NCBI RefSeq assembly: GCF_964213995.1
Contig: NW_027590154.1
Location: forward strand, 620,001-684,000
Length of the DNA: 64,000 nucleotides
Reading direction: 5' to 3'
Source of the DNA: Mustelus asterias
Lineage: Eukaryota
Part shown: piece by piece, positions 1 through 13,289 of the stretch
How the letters are laid out: every line of letters starts with the position of its first letter
Position numbering within the stretch: position 1 is the first letter of the stretch
Position numbers and translations under genes: made by a program
Notes under the pieces: generated by a model
The model's database searches: none
What the model was told of the DNA's origin: nothing
Seen by the model: only the letters and a program-made list of their open reading frames with translations

Positions 1-757
1 CACCAGTGATTGAGAGAGTTGGATTTTCTTAATCACATTTAGGACTGAACAGTATTCATTGATGTTAATAACCCCAACAATACGTGTTAATTTTCTGTAT
101 AAAAGTCAAATAAACAAGCTTTATGTTGAACACAGTATATTGGGTCTTTTTAATATCCCGAACACAAATCCATTCCTTTTGTTCCCCATTTCTCCATCCT
201 CACCTCCAACAATAAGTGTGAGGAGCTCATGGAGTTTCTTTGTCAGATTGAGATAATCTGATCAGCTGCCTCTGCTGTTTCCCTCCCTGCCGCAAGCCAC
301 CCTGGCCAAACTATCCCGAATGTTTCTCCTTGGCTGAGCCTTGGACTCACACCTTCCTCCAGTCTAATGATCTGTCTGAAATTCACTCTGTCAATGCTGC
401 ATTAGTTACCCAGAGCACCCCATAAAGTCCCTGTCCCTGATTCTAGGTACCCAGTGCACAGATAGGGAATTGGCATGTGCTCTGAGCATGCATAGTCTGG
501 TGCTGTTGCTGACAAATTGAGCATTGTGTGGGGCCTGCCAATTGTGGGTAAGCCGGCGTGGGGAGCTGGAAACTGTGGGTGAAGACAGGTTCAGAAGGGG
601 ACCTAAACACTGGGTGAATGTGAGTGGGGTGGGGTGGCAGGAAACCTTAAGTGAGCACAAGCCTGGGGAGCCTGGAAAAATGCAGGTGAACACAAGGGGA
701 GAGCGGCTGAAACTGTGGATGAAGAGTGGGGAGTCTGGAGACTTGATTTTTAAAAAA

Positions 758-1065
758 TTATTCTTGTCACATGTGTTAGTATAAAGTGAAAAATATTGTT
801 TTTTGTGCACTATGCAGGCAAAGCATACCATACATAGGAAAGGAGAGAGTGCAGAATGTAGTGTTACAGTCATAGCTAGGGTGCGGAGAAAGACCTTAAT
901 GCAAGGTAGGTCCATTCAAGAGTCAGATGGCAGTCGGGAAGAAACTGTTTTTGTGTTAGTTGGTGCATGACCTTAGGTCCAGGGTGCGTGGGGTCCTTGA
1001 TTATGCTGGCTGCTTTGCCAAGGCAGCGGGAAGTGTAGACAGTGTCAATGGATGGGAGGCTGGTT
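758..1065 (-). mobile_element. Rex1/Babar-like non-LTR retrotransposon, 3' fragment
   Basis: Minus-strand peptide TSLPSIDTVYTSRCLGKAASIIKDPTHP plus 3'UTR; similar to the copies at 24705-25205 and 52400-54512. Confidence 0.6.
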
Positions 1066-1169
1066 AACAAAGTGGGGTCCATGAGTGAATACACAGGAAC
1101 CCTCTCCCATCCCTCAAACATCTTGTTTAGGCTCTGTGTAAACAATTTCTTCCTCAGATCCCTGCCTTC

Positions 1170-1440
1170 ATGTCTTCCCAAACCTTAAATCTGTTTCCCA
1201 AGTCCTTGTCCCATCAGCTAATGGGAACAGCTTTTTTTTGTCCACCTTGTCTCAATCTCTCATACAGCTCCATGAATTCTGCCCTCAACCTGCTTTAGTG
1301 CAAGGAGATCAACCCTAGATTCTCCAACTAACCATGTCACTAAATTCCCTCATCCCTGCTATCCTTCTGGTAAATCTCCTCTGCACCCTCTCATTCTTCT
1401 TCACATCCCCCAGCCACACATCCTGTATTATACAATCCTG
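1170..1440 (-). mobile_element. Old CR1 LINE fragment (ORF2 C-terminal region)
   Basis: ERVQRRFTRRIAGM peptide, diverged. Confidence 0.6.
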
Positions 1441-1751
1441 TACTCTACAAATTCTGATGCACAAGGTATACATACTTATAGGCCAGCAGTCTGCATAAAG
1501 ATTGTCAGATGGTCTCTGTGTCCCAGACAGGACACGGTGAGCATGGATCTGTTGGTGAGCCTTAATCAGCAACTTCAGGAGAATTGGGAGGGTGTATAAT
1601 GGGTACAACAGAGTAAGAAAAGAGGGAGAGAGTGAGGGATGGAGCTTTGAGGGAAAGAATGAGGAAATATTGTTCCATAGAAGCTATAATTTTCTGTTCT
1701 GAATTTCTATCCTGGACTGACAGTGATGACTGTTGTCAATTTCTTTTGCAG

Positions 1752-4733
1752 GATATCTGGAAATGAGAATTTTCAGTAAGAAATCTCAAACCAAACATCA
1801 CATCAAGGTCTCACAGAGTTACTCAATTTATCAGGTCCTGATAATCATTGGCCTTTGAGTTGAGAAGGAGAAATGTTTTTCTCTTAAATCTACTTCAAAA
1901 TATTTTGAACATCAGTGAGACTGTAAAAGCACCGAGACACACAGGCTCTCACACACAGTGAGAGTGTACCAGTGAACTGACTGGAAAAAGCTATAATCAG
2001 TTACACAGCCTGAATAAACATCACCCCATTTACAGTGAGGAGAAACTGTACATGTGTTCTGTGTGTGGACGAGGCTTCAACTGATTATCCAACCTGGAGA
2101 GATACAAGGACACCGGCGCCATGGAGAAACCCTGGAAATGTGAGGACTATGGGAAGGAATCCCGTTCCCCATCAGAGCTGGAGATTCATCGACGCATTCA
2201 CACCGGGGAGAGGCCATTCACCTGCTCTGACTGGGAAAGGATTCACTCATTTAAAAAACCTGCGGATGCACCAGCGAGTTCACAGTGGAGAGAAGCCATT
2301 CACCTGCTTTGTGTGTGGAAAGGGATTCACTCACTCATGGAATCTGTTGACACACCAGCGACTTCACACTGGAGAGAGGCCATTCACCTGCTCTGAGTGT
2401 GGGAAGGGATTCAGTCGCTTATGCAGCCTGCAAACACATCAGCATGTTCACACTGGGGAGAGACCATTCAACTGCTCTGAGTGTGGCAGGAGATTCATTC
2501 AGTTGTCCCATCTGCTGGCACATCAGCGAGTTCACACTGGAGAGAGGCCATTCACCTGCTCTGAATGTGGGAAGGGATTCATTGAATCATTCACCCTGCA
2601 GATGCACCAGCGAGTTCACACTGGAGAGAGGCCGTTCACCTGCACTGAGTGTGAACATAGAACATAGAACATAGAACATAGAACATTACAGCGCAGAACA
2701 GGCCCTTCGGCCCACGATGTTGCACCGACCAGTTAAAAAAAAAAACTGTGACCCTCCAACCTAAACCAATTTCTTTTCGTCCATGAACCTATCTACGGAT
2801 CTCTTAAACGCCCCCAAACTAGGCGCATTTACTACTGATGCTGGCAGGGCATTCCAATCCCTCACCACCCTCTGGGTAAAGAACCTACCCCTGACATCGG
2901 TTCTATAACTACCCCCCCTCAATTTAAAGCCATGCCCCCTCGTGCTGGATTTCTCCATCAGAGGAAAAAGGCTATCACTATCCACCCTATCTAAACCTCT
3001 AATCATCTTATATGTTTCAATAAGATCCCCTCTTAGCCGCCGCCTTTCCAGCGAAAACAATCCCAAATCCCTCAGCCTCTCCTCATAGGATCTCCCCTCC
3101 ATACCAGGCAACATCCTGGTAAACCTCCTCTGCACCCTCTCCAAAGCCTCCACATCCTTCCTGTAATGTGGGGACCAGAACTGCACACAGAACTCCAAGT
3201 GCGGCCGCACCAGAGTTGTGTACAGTTGCAACATAACGCTACGACTCCTAAATTCAATCCCCCTACCAATAAACGCCAAGACACCATATGCCTTCTTAAC
3301 AACCTTATCTACTTGATTCCCAACTTTCAGGGATCTATGCACACATACACCTAGATCCCTCTGCTCCTCCACACTATTCAAAGTCCTCCCGTTAGCCCTA
3401 TACTCAACACATCTGTTATTCCTACCAAAGTGAATTACCTCACACTTCTCCGCATTAAACTCCATCCGCCACCTCTCGGCCCAACTTTGCAACCTGTCTA
3501 AGTCTTCCTGCAAACTACGACACCCTTCCTCACTGTCTACCACACCACCGACTTTGGTGTCATCAGCAAATTTGCTAATCCACCCAACTATACCCTCATC
3601 CAGATCATTAATAAATATTACAAACAGCAGTGGCCCCAAAACAGATCCCTGAGGTACACCACTTGTAACCGCACTCCATGATGAATATTTACTATCAACC
3701 ACCACCCTCTGTTTCCTATCCGCTAGCCAATTCCTGATCCAATTTCCTAGATCACCCCCAATCCCATACATCTGCATTTTCTGCAGAAGCCTACCATGGT
3801 GAACCTTATCAAACGCCTTACTAAAATCCATATATACCACGTCCACTGACTTGCCCCCATCCACCTCCTTGGTCACTTTCTCAAAAAACTCAATAAGGTT
3901 AGTAAGGCACGACCTACCTGCCACAAAACCATGCTGACTATCACCTATCAATTCATTACTCTCCAAATAACTATAAATCCTATCCCTTATAATTTTTTCC
4001 AACATCTTGCCGACAACAGAAGTGAGACTCACCGGTCTATAATTCCCGGGGAAGTCTCTGTTCCCCTTCTTAAACAATGGGACAACATTCGCTAACCTCC
4101 AATCTTCTGGTACTGTACCAGAGGCCAACGACGACCTGAAGATCAGAGCCAGAGGCTCTGCAATCACTTCTCTTGCCTCCCAGAGAATCCTTGGATAAAT
4201 CCCATCCGGACCAGGGGATTTATCTATTTTCAGACCCTCCAGAATATCCTGCACATCCTCCTTATCAACTGTAATACTGTCTATTCTACTCCCTTGCAAC
4301 CCAGTGTCCTCCTCAGCTATATTCATGTCCCCTTGCGTGAACACCGAAGAGAAATATTGGTTCAATGTGTGGGAGTGGGATTCACTCAATCATCTAACTT
4401 GCTGACACATCAACGGGTTCACAGTGGGGAGAGGCCATACATCTGCTCCTTGTGTGGAAAGGGATTCACTCAGTTATCCCATCTGCAGACACACCAGCGA
4501 GTTCACAAGTGATTACAGAGAATGGATTCTGCCACCTCCTGACATACCAGAGAGTTCACAGCGGGGAGAGGCCATTCAGCTGCTCCAAGTGTGGGAAGAG
4601 ATTTGCTCATTCGAACAATCTACAGTCACACCAGCGAGTTCACACTGGAGAGAGACCGTTCCCCTGCTCCGTGTGTGGGAAGGGATTCACTCAGTCATCA
4701 AACCTGATGAAACACCGTCAAGTCCACAAGTGA
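1752..4733 (+). pseudogene. C2H2 zinc-finger gene, disrupted by a frameshift at about 2230 and a CR1 insertion at 2654-4365; has two successive HK* ends
   Basis: Acceptor ttcttttgcag at 1741-1751; MEKPWKC start at 2121; HTGERPF-linked fingers on both sides of the LINE; HK* at 4512 and 4733. Confidence 0.85.
2654..4365 (-). mobile_element. 5'-truncated young CR1/HER1-type LINE with open RT reading frame
   Basis: Long open ORF with SGVPQGSVLGP and KFADD RT motifs; 3' tail of (TTCTATG) repeats seen as catagaa repeats at 2654-2685; splits a zinc finger. Confidence 0.95.
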
Positions 4734-5029
4734 TTACAGAGGTGTGATTCTGATGTTAACATTCCTATAACTGGCTGGAGTTTAATATTCTGGAGGTGTC
4801 AAGATTTTCAGGGCTGCACGTCCCTTTCTAAAAGCATCATCTGTGATCTTTCTCCTTAATTCAAGAATTCTCAACAGAAACCTGGTTGCAGTAAAATTCA
4901 ACCTTAAATTGATCTTTGATGCAAAATTCAGTGTCTGAAAGTTTCCACTGATAAACATCTCCGTAGAAAGTAGTGATTAATCCTTCCTGTTAGTTCTCAC
5001 TGACTTTTTCACAGCGACACCACAATTGG

Positions 5030-5945
5030 GAAACTGTATTGTGAAGGAACCTAAACAAAAAATGAAATATTTTGAACAAAACAGTGAAATATTTAACAGG
5101 CTCATCAATAAAAGCTTCATCAATCAACACTGATGTTGATGAAACTGGGAAGTTGATGAAACTGGGAAGTCGCTGAGTTCAATAATTTCTGACACAGCAG
5201 AAGCAACATTTGGTAAAGGTGGAACCCACAACAAAGACTGGTTTGAGACCCACTCAGCAGAGATGACTTCTGTCATTGAAGCAAAAAGCAAAGGCTACCT
5301 GCTGAAACACTGCATCACTTGGAAGTAGCCAAGACAGATGTGTAAAAAGCAACAAGAGACTGTGCAAATAAACACTGCATCTTCCTGTGTGAATAATTCC
5401 AAACTGCCTGTGGCATGATTATCTGCATGCTGTGCATGATGGGATCAAGAGGCCACTTTGTCCTCCAATCACTAAAGTTGCCCCCCTGAAATCAGCAAAT
5501 GATGAAGTTCTCACCAACAAGTAAACAGATGTCCCGCTGGGTTGAATACGACTGTGAGCCGTACTCCATGGGACAGACATGTCCCAGTCTCTGCTTGACT
5601 CTCCTGCAGCTTCCTGACATGGTTGAGTTGGATGAGGAACCCTCATAATTTGAGCTGCGAAAGGCCATAGATTGCAGAGCAAGGAGAGAGCCTCCCGGCA
5701 AGGATGGAATTACAGCTGAACTGGTCAAACACAGAAAGTCACATCTATTGTTTCCACCTCCTTCCCTGCTGGGAGGCAGGAACCATTCCACGTGCGTGAA
5801 GCAAAAATCATCACAATGTACAAAAACAGCAGTGACAGAGGAGATTGCAACAACTACAGGGACATCTCACTCCTTAGCATCATTGGGAAGGCCTTTGTGA
5901 GGGTGATGTTTAAAATACTGCAGCTACTTGCAGACTGAGTGTATC
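5030..5945 (+). mobile_element. Decayed RTE-clade LINE fragment
   Basis: About 5795-5935 translates to EAKIITMYKNSSDRGDCNNYRDISLLSIIGKAFVRV, typical of the RTE RT N-terminus. Confidence 0.7.
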
Positions 5946-6537
5946 CATAGAACATAGAACAGTACAGCACAGAACAGGCCCTTCGGCCCACGATGTTGTG
6001 CCGAGCTTTATCTGAAACCAAGATCAAGCTATCCCACTCCCTATCATCCTGGTGTGCTCCATGTGCCTATCCAATAACCGCTTAAATGTTCCTCAAGTGT
6101 CTGACTCCACTATCATTGCAGGCAGTCTATTCCACACCCCAACCACTCTCTGCGTAAAGAACCAAGCTCTGATATCCTTCCTATATCTCCCACCACGAAC
6201 CCTATAGTTATGCCCCCTTGTAATAGCTCCATCCACCTGAGGAAATAGTCTTTGAACGTTCACTCTATCTATCCCCTTCATCATTTTATAAACCTCTATT
6301 AAGTCTCCCCTCAGCATCCTCCGCTCCTGAGAGAACAGCCCTAGCTCCCTCAACCTTTCCTCATAAGACCTACCCTCCAAACCACGCAGCTTCCTGGTAA
6401 ATCTCCTCTGCACTCTTTCCAGCACTTCCACATACTTCTTATAGTGAGGTGACCAGAACTGCACACAATATTCCAAATGTGGTCTCACCAAGGTCCTGTA
6501 CAGTTGCAGCATAACCCCACGGCTCTTAAACTCCAAA
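5946..6537 (-). mobile_element. 5'-truncated CR1, same subfamily as the full-length copy at 55537-59758
   Basis: Near-identical to 55535-56120; ORF 6093-6551; catagaa tail. Confidence 0.93.
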
Positions 6538-7957
6538 AAAAGTTGAGGCATTAGAAAGGGAACAGAGAAAATTTACAATAATTATATCAGAAATGTGTAG
6601 GTACTAGATACTAGGAAAGGATTGACAAGCTGGGTCTCTTTTTTTTCAGACTGCAAAACCTTCAATCCACCAAGCGAACTACTAGGATATACCCGCTCCC
6701 TCCTTTTACTGTGGATAATGGGCCTGTATAATCAACCTGCAAAGTTTCCCAGGGAACATCATTCAGATGGGATGTGTCCATTTGGACATTTTATTTCACA
6801 GAGCCAGATTAATTTGGACACAGATTCAGGTGGTGAGGAACATCCTCCTGTTTCCTCAGCCACCGGTAGTAATTATGAACATAAGGATGAATCAAAAGAG
6901 AAACACTTCCTAATTTAATCCCTAAACTAAACTCGTTGTTTTGTAAGACATCACAATGCAGCAAGTTAAATTCAATCCACCTTGTAGGATTGTTCAGTCC
7001 TTACTCGTTGTGAGCCATAAGGGAAAGTTGTTCCTATGGTCTACGGCCTATCTGACCACAGTCACATCAGAGTCAGGATCGTGACAAGTTTTAAAATCAG
7101 GTTTAACTGGAGTCTGTCAGACCAGTGCCAATGATTATGTTTTGGGTGAAGTCCATGGAATCTCCTCCAAAGCAGCTTGCTTGGTGAGTCAGTCTGCCTG
7201 GTTCTTACTATCACCCTCTTCACTAACTCCTGCTGCTGGTCTACCTTCACCTTACAAATAGCAATTTGTCCCGAACACTTACCAGCAACATCCCCAATCA
7301 TTCAGAGTTTGGAGTGGTGGGTGATTTTTTTTTTGCCAGAGAAGTTGTTTCCAGTGAAGGAGATACAACTAATGAAACTTTCAGAATAGTTGGTGATTCT
7401 AAAAGTAATGGGCTGTATTGATGATGTCCTCAGATTTCTGGGCTAAATAGTGTGGTGCCAATTTAATAAGGATGCCACATACTGTCACTGGAAATCAAAG
7501 ACACAGCGCCAGACTGATATGGACCTGATTCATAAAACCCAGATCAATCTACGAACTCTAATACAGTCAAACAGGGATATGACTTTAACAGGATTGGACT
7601 TTGTCTCTGTCTTCTGATAGGTATGTGGGATTCTTTCATGCTCCAATATCCCAGCCTAGTGATAATTGTGAAGTTTCAGGATATTAATGTCTTTACTTTG
7701 TAATTTCACAATTCATCTACTCTTTAACACCAGGAGCACTCCCTTTATTCACAATGTTACCATGGCTTGTCCAGTCTGTAGAATCATCCAATTAAAGTCT
7801 AACAGGTACTCTGCGTTTCACTCCAGTGAGCATTTAATATATGCTTAATAAACGGGACAATCAATCTTTGCACACAGGTGAATGTGTCTGAGATGTATCA
7901 ACCTGGAATACCTTTTCCATTAAGCTCTCAGTTCACGAGAGCATATATATATTTGAG

Positions 7958-8510
7958 TCATAGAGGTTTACAGCATGGAAACAGGCCCTTTGACCCAACT
8001 TGTCCATGCCGCCCTTTTTTTTTAAACCCCTAAGCTAATCCCAATTGCCCGCATTTGGCCCATATCCCTCTATACCCATCGTACCCATGTAACTATCTAA
8101 ATGCTTTTTAAAAGACAAAATTGTACCCGCCTCTATGACTACCTCTGGCAGCTTGTTCCAGACACTCACCACCCTCTGTGTGAAATGATTGCCCCTCTGG
8201 ACACTTTTGTATCTCTCCTCTCTCACATTAAACCTATGCCCTCTAGTTTGAGACTCCCCTACCTTTGGGAAAAGATATTGACTATCTAGCTGATATGTGC
8301 CCCTCATTATTTTATAGACCTCGATAAGATCACCCCTCAGCCTCCTACGCTCCAGAGAAAAAAGTCCCATCTATCCAGCCTCTCCTTATAACTCAATCCA
8401 TCAAGTCCCGGTAGCATCCGAGTAAATCTTTTCTGCAATCTTTCTAGTTTAATAATATCCTTTCTATAATAGGGTGACCAGAATTGCACACAGTATTCCA
8501 AGTGTGGTCT
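7958..8510 (-). mobile_element. 5'-truncated CR1
   Basis: RPHLEYCVQFWSP...GLFSLERRRLRGDL; same subfamily as 25209-26321. Confidence 0.9.
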
Positions 8511-8859
8511 TATTGTTCTGACTTTGCCAACAGGGCTGTGGAATTTATTGGATAGATCTTCCAAAGGCCAGCACAGGCATACTGAGCTGAATGGTTTCCA
8601 TCCATCTGTATCATTCTGTAAAACAATGAATATTCAGAATCAGGATGAGACAGAACGAGAGGAACCAGTGACTGTGCGATTGAATCCAGACAGTCAGCAG
8701 CAGGAAAAGGGAAAGAGAGGAGACAGTGTAAAAGCTTCCCACAGGAGAATTTGAGTAATTTAACATAGCAGATCATCAATTCGCAATAATTTGCGTTTTT
8801 TTAAAATTAACTTATCTCAATAGCTAACAATGTTATTTTATATTCACTGTTTGAGGTTA

Positions 8860-9380
8860 CAATGGCGCTGCTGTTAACCACCATTCCCTGCGGATGTGAA
8901 AGTACCCTATTCACTCCACAGGAGCCCACTGCGCAGGCGCGGTGCTGTATGTGACGCATGCGCAATGCCACTTTGTTCGGAGCCCTGCCGGTGTCGGAGT
9001 CGCTTTTTTCAACGGGTGAGAGTGTGTGGGGCGGAGGGAGGAATGGAGCTGGGAGTCAGGGTGGGGAGGGAGGAATGAAGCCGGGAGTCAGGGTGGGGAG
9101 GGAGAGGAGGCTTCACAAACACCTGCTGTAGGCTGCAAGGTCCGAATAAGACCTTCCGGTCCCGGGTTTGCAGCTGCGGGGATTTTATCCGGGATCAGGC
9201 CCAGTGCCGCGGCCGCCATCTTTGTTCAGCAGGGAGCAGAGGGCGCATGCGCGGCCAGTCGGCGGTGCTTCAGGGTCCCGGTGACCAGGAGAGGAAAGGT
9301 TTGACTCATTGACTGACAGGGCGGGTTAATTGGCGCTCTCTTTAGAGAGGGAAGATGCTGCAGGGCGAATGTGCGGCCAT
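8860..9380 (+). promoter_or_regulatory. CpG-rich promoter and first exon, probably for the plus-strand ZNF at 11034
   Basis: NRF1-like gcgcaggcgc at 8931, cgcatgcgca at 8955, gcgcatgcgc at 9243; donor gtgag at 9016; YY1 ggccgccatcttt at 9211. Confidence 0.7.
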
Positions 9381-9399
9381 CCGAATAACAGAAGAAAAT

Positions 9400-10010
9400 A
9401 TAATCAGAATTAGGAGCATGAGGAGGCCATTCGACCCATCAAGGTTGCTCTGCCGATTCAATAAACTCATGGCTCATCTGATCAAGAAAATGCTGGAAAA
9501 TCTCAGGTGTGACAGCATCTTTGGAGAGAGAATAGAGCTAAAGTTTCAAGTCTGGATGACCCTTCGTCAGAGCTCATCTGTTCATTGTCATAACTCAATT
9601 TTCCTCCAGCCTCTCTCACCCTTAACTCCCTTGGAGGTGAAACTCCCGGTGCGAACACAGCCTTGAATATACTCAATGACCAGTCTCCACTGCCCACTGG
9701 GGGAGAGAACTCCACGGGCTACTGGCCATCTGAGAGATGCAATTTCTCCTCATTTCTGTCCCTTTTTTTAAACTGTCCCTGCAATTTTTGATTCCCTGAT
9801 ATGGGGAAACATCCTTTCCGAATTTACCCTGTCAAGTACCCTCAGAATCATATATGCTTCAGTTAGATCTCCTCTCATTTATCTAAAATCCAATGAGTAT
9901 CGACGCACCCTGTTAACCTTTCCTTAATAAACAAACTTCTTTATGCCAGGAATTATCGTAGTGGACCTTGTCTGAACTGCAACCTATGTCACCATTTCAA
10001 TCTTAAATAA
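9400..10010 (-). mobile_element. Old CR1 3' fragment with a nested Penelope-end fragment (about 9483-9580)
   Basis: CR1 3'UTR ggccattcgaccc; nested minus-strand ctgacgaagggtcatccagacttgaaac followed by agatgctg. Confidence 0.6.
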
Positions 10011-10300
10011 TCCTATGCTGGGAAACAGAAGGAGAGGATGTTATGAATTTATATTCTGGACTAACTAATGGATTTTGGAAACTCCTTTTACGGTTAGAAG
10101 GGGAGGATTTATACACAGCAATCTCAAACCAAGAAAAATGTTTATCTCTTAATCTCTAACCACTGTTGACACATGACTTGTAATCTCCTTTCACAGGGAA
10201 TTAGAAGATTTGAAGACTGCAAGTGTTGTCCGACTCCAGTGCTTCTGGCATCTTTCCAGCTGCAGGCTCCAGCAGGAGGTTTTAAATTTGAAAACAGTGA

Positions 10301-10585
<285 letters not shown>

Positions 10586-11033
10586 AATCATCGATGCAGA
10601 TTTGATGGGCTGAATAGTCTCTTTCTGCACTGTAGGGGTTCCACGGATTCTTAAAATTCTGTCCGAATTGAAGATAATTTCACTATTTCTGATTTCCGTC
10701 CATCTGGAGATAAATTCCACTCCTTTGTGAGCATTTTGATTGATTTGATGGCTCGCAATGATGTTTCAAATTCATTATTCACTCTAAACCAGTGAGGAAA
10801 GAGTGTTCCACAGCAACTAGAATTGTCTGTTCTCAGTTTCTGAGCTGTACTGACTGTGATGACATTTGTAAACTCCTTTTACAGGATATTAAAAGGGGAG
10901 GATTTGCCAGAAGAAATCTCAAATGAAACTTCACGTCAAGCTCTGACAGAGTCACTCGTTAGGACGGGGAAAACCATCGCCCATTTTACCATCAGAGTGA
11001 CAGGAAAAGCACCGAGACGCAGTCACCCACACC

Positions 11034-11966
11034 ATGGGAAAACCGTGGAAATGTGGGGATTGTGGAAAGGGATTCAGATCCCCATCTGAGCTGGAAACAC
11101 ATCGACGCAGTCACACTGGGGAGAGGCCATTCACCTGCTATCAGTGTGGGAAGAGATTTACTAATTCATCCGACCTGCTGACACACCAGCGAGTTCACAC
11201 TGGGGAGAGGCCATTCACCTGCTCTGTGTGTGGGAAGAAATTTAGTATTTCATCCAATCTAGTGAGATACCGTCGAGTTCACTCTGGGGAGAGACCATTC
11301 TCCTGCTCAGTGTGTGGAAAAAGATGCAGAGATTCATCCACCCTGCTGGTACACCAGCAGGTTCACACCAAGGAGAGGCTGTTCACTTGTTCTGAGTGTG
11401 GGAAGGGATTCACTCGGTTATCCAGTCTGCAGAGACACCATCGCATTCACACTGGGGAGAGACCATTCACCTGCTCAGAGTGTGGGAAAGGATTCAGAGA
11501 TTCATCTGACCTGCTGGCACATCAGCGAGTTCACACTGGGGAGAGGCCGTTCATCTGCTCCGTGTGTGGGAAAGGATTTGGAGATTCCTCCACCCTGCTG
11601 ACACACCAACGAGTTCACACTGGGGAGAGGCCGTTCACCTGCTCCAATTGTGGGAGGGGATTCAGTCAGTTAGCCAATCTGCTGAGACACCAGCAAATTC
11701 ACAGCGGGGACAGGGAGAGGCCTTTCACCTGCTCGGAGTGTGAGAAGCGATTCAGTGATTTACCTACCCTGCTGACACACCAGCGGGTTCACACTGGGGA
11801 GAAGCCATTTACCTGCTCTCAGTGTGGGAAGGGATTCAATCGGTCATCGAACCTGCAGACACACCAGCGAGTTCACACTGGGGAGAGACCATTCACCTGC
11901 TCTGACTGTGGGAAGGGATTCACTCAGTCATCCCACCTGCTGAGACACCAGCGAGTTCACAAGTGA
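11034..11966 (+). CDS. Tandem C2H2 zinc-finger protein, 310 aa, 11 fingers (finger 3 has His replaced by Tyr)
   Basis: Open ORF; accATGg Kozak context; acceptor ccttttacag at about 10883; ends HK*. Confidence 0.88.
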   Translation: MGKPWKCGDCGKGFRSPSELETHRRSHTGERPFTCYQCGKRFTNSSDLLTHQRVHTGERPFTCSVCGKKFSISSNLVRYRRVHSGERPFSCSVCGKRCRDSSTLLVHQQVHTKERLFTCSECGKGFTRLSSLQRHHRIHTGERPFTCSECGKGFRDSSDLLAHQRVHTGERPFICSVCGKGFGDSSTLLTHQRVHTGERPFTCSNCGRGFSQLANLLRHQQIHSGDRERPFTCSECEKRFSDLPTLLTHQRVHTGEKPFTCSQCGKGFNRSSNLQTHQRVHTGERPFTCSDCGKGFTQSSHLLRHQRVHK

Positions 11967-12179
11967 TGACTGGGGTTGTATTCTGCTCTTATTGCTGCTG
12001 TTAATCACATCCGGGACTGAACCATGTTCATTCTGACAGATGGTGAAGTGGGAGGGTCAGAGGGTTTCTTGCTGTTGGACTGGCCGCTCTCTCAATTTTA
12101 ATTCCAGTGGCTGATTCCCTTTGAGTGAGGGCACATTTCCACTGAAATGATCCACAAAAGCAGAAGTCAGATGAGACTG

Positions 12180-12410
12180 AGATGAGGGAAAAAATTCTTA
12201 ACTCAAAGGGTAGTGAACTTATAGAATTGTCTACCACAGAAGGCTGTGGAATCCCAATCACTGAATATATTCAAGGAAGAGATAGATTTTTTGTTTTAGA
12301 TTTTAATGGCTTCAAGCGGTGTGGGGAGAATATGGCATTGAGATCGAGGATCAGCCATGATCATATTGAATGGTGGAGCAGACTCGAATGGCCTGCTCCT
12401 AGTTTCTATC
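12180..12410 (+). mobile_element. Old CR1 3' fragment
   Basis: gatcagccatgatcatattgaatggtggagcagactcgaatggcctgctcc 3'UTR. Confidence 0.6.
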
Positions 12411-12739
12411 GAGTACATTAACTTTATCCTGGATAGTAAATAGTCTTTTTCCTCCCACTACAGGTGTCTTGTCTTTTATCCGTCCTCGTTCTCAGGGTTG
12501 GCCGCGCTCTGAACAATCTTTCTCCACTGATTTCTCAGCTGCTCTCACTGCCTGTCCCATCGAGAGGCCGGTCCACATTCCGATATTATCCACACATCTC
12601 GGGCCTTCCTTGTACACATTTTCCAGGAGTTTTATCTCACATTGGTCAATTAAAAATGCCTTTCACCAGGATGCTGTATCGCAAGTCTTTGTATTAACTA
12701 AAGATTTGGCAATACTTTGTCTCTGAAAGAAACCCCGTA

Positions 12740-12936
12740 ACAGCCCTGAACATCACTGGCCTTTGGATGTGGAAGGAGCAATGTTACATCTATTCTGTCC
12801 ATGGGATAAGATTTCAGATATAGTTGTGACTGGAAAAGCACCGAGACAAACACACACCCGAGTGAGAGTGTTCCAGTGAACTGAGTGTGGAAAGAGCTTT
12901 AACCAGTTACACAGCCTGAAAATACATCACACTATC
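12740..12936 (+). pseudogene. Orphan 5' part of the ZNF coding exon with no array
   Basis: ctggaaaagcaccgagac...ttccagtgaactgagtgtggaaagagctttaaccag matches the 5' block of the other paralogs; cut off by repeat-like sequence at about 12937. Confidence 0.7.
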
Positions 12937-13289
12937 GGGTAAGTAGATGGGAACGTGGGAATGATAAAGTATAATTTGGGGAAAAAGATTATCCGCATTG
13001 TTGGGAAGAATAGAAAATCAGCATTTTATTGAAATAGAGAGGCTGCAGAATTCCACAGTGGTCTCCTTGATGAGGGATATACTCAGCATGACCACTGTGA
13101 CTGTGTCCTGTCAATGTACAGCTGCATTGCAGGGTCAGGATCATCTCTGAAGGAGCTGCCGGTTAGTCCCTTTTCCTCAGAGCCTTCACTACAATTAGAG
13201 AATGATGACAGCAAATAAAGAGGTCATTCAGCCCATCGTGTTCACACCCAAACCAGCTTTCTGAGAGAGTGACACAGCCAGTCCCACTC

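Noticed and set aside
6925-7930. BEL/Pao-like integrase remnant on the minus strand (IGDV...VKRVIVRT)
   Set aside because: Too degraded to support without a search
11964-12040. SECIS element in the conserved 3'UTR block
   Set aside because: No AUGA...AAR...GA spacing, and ATGA is not conserved across copies
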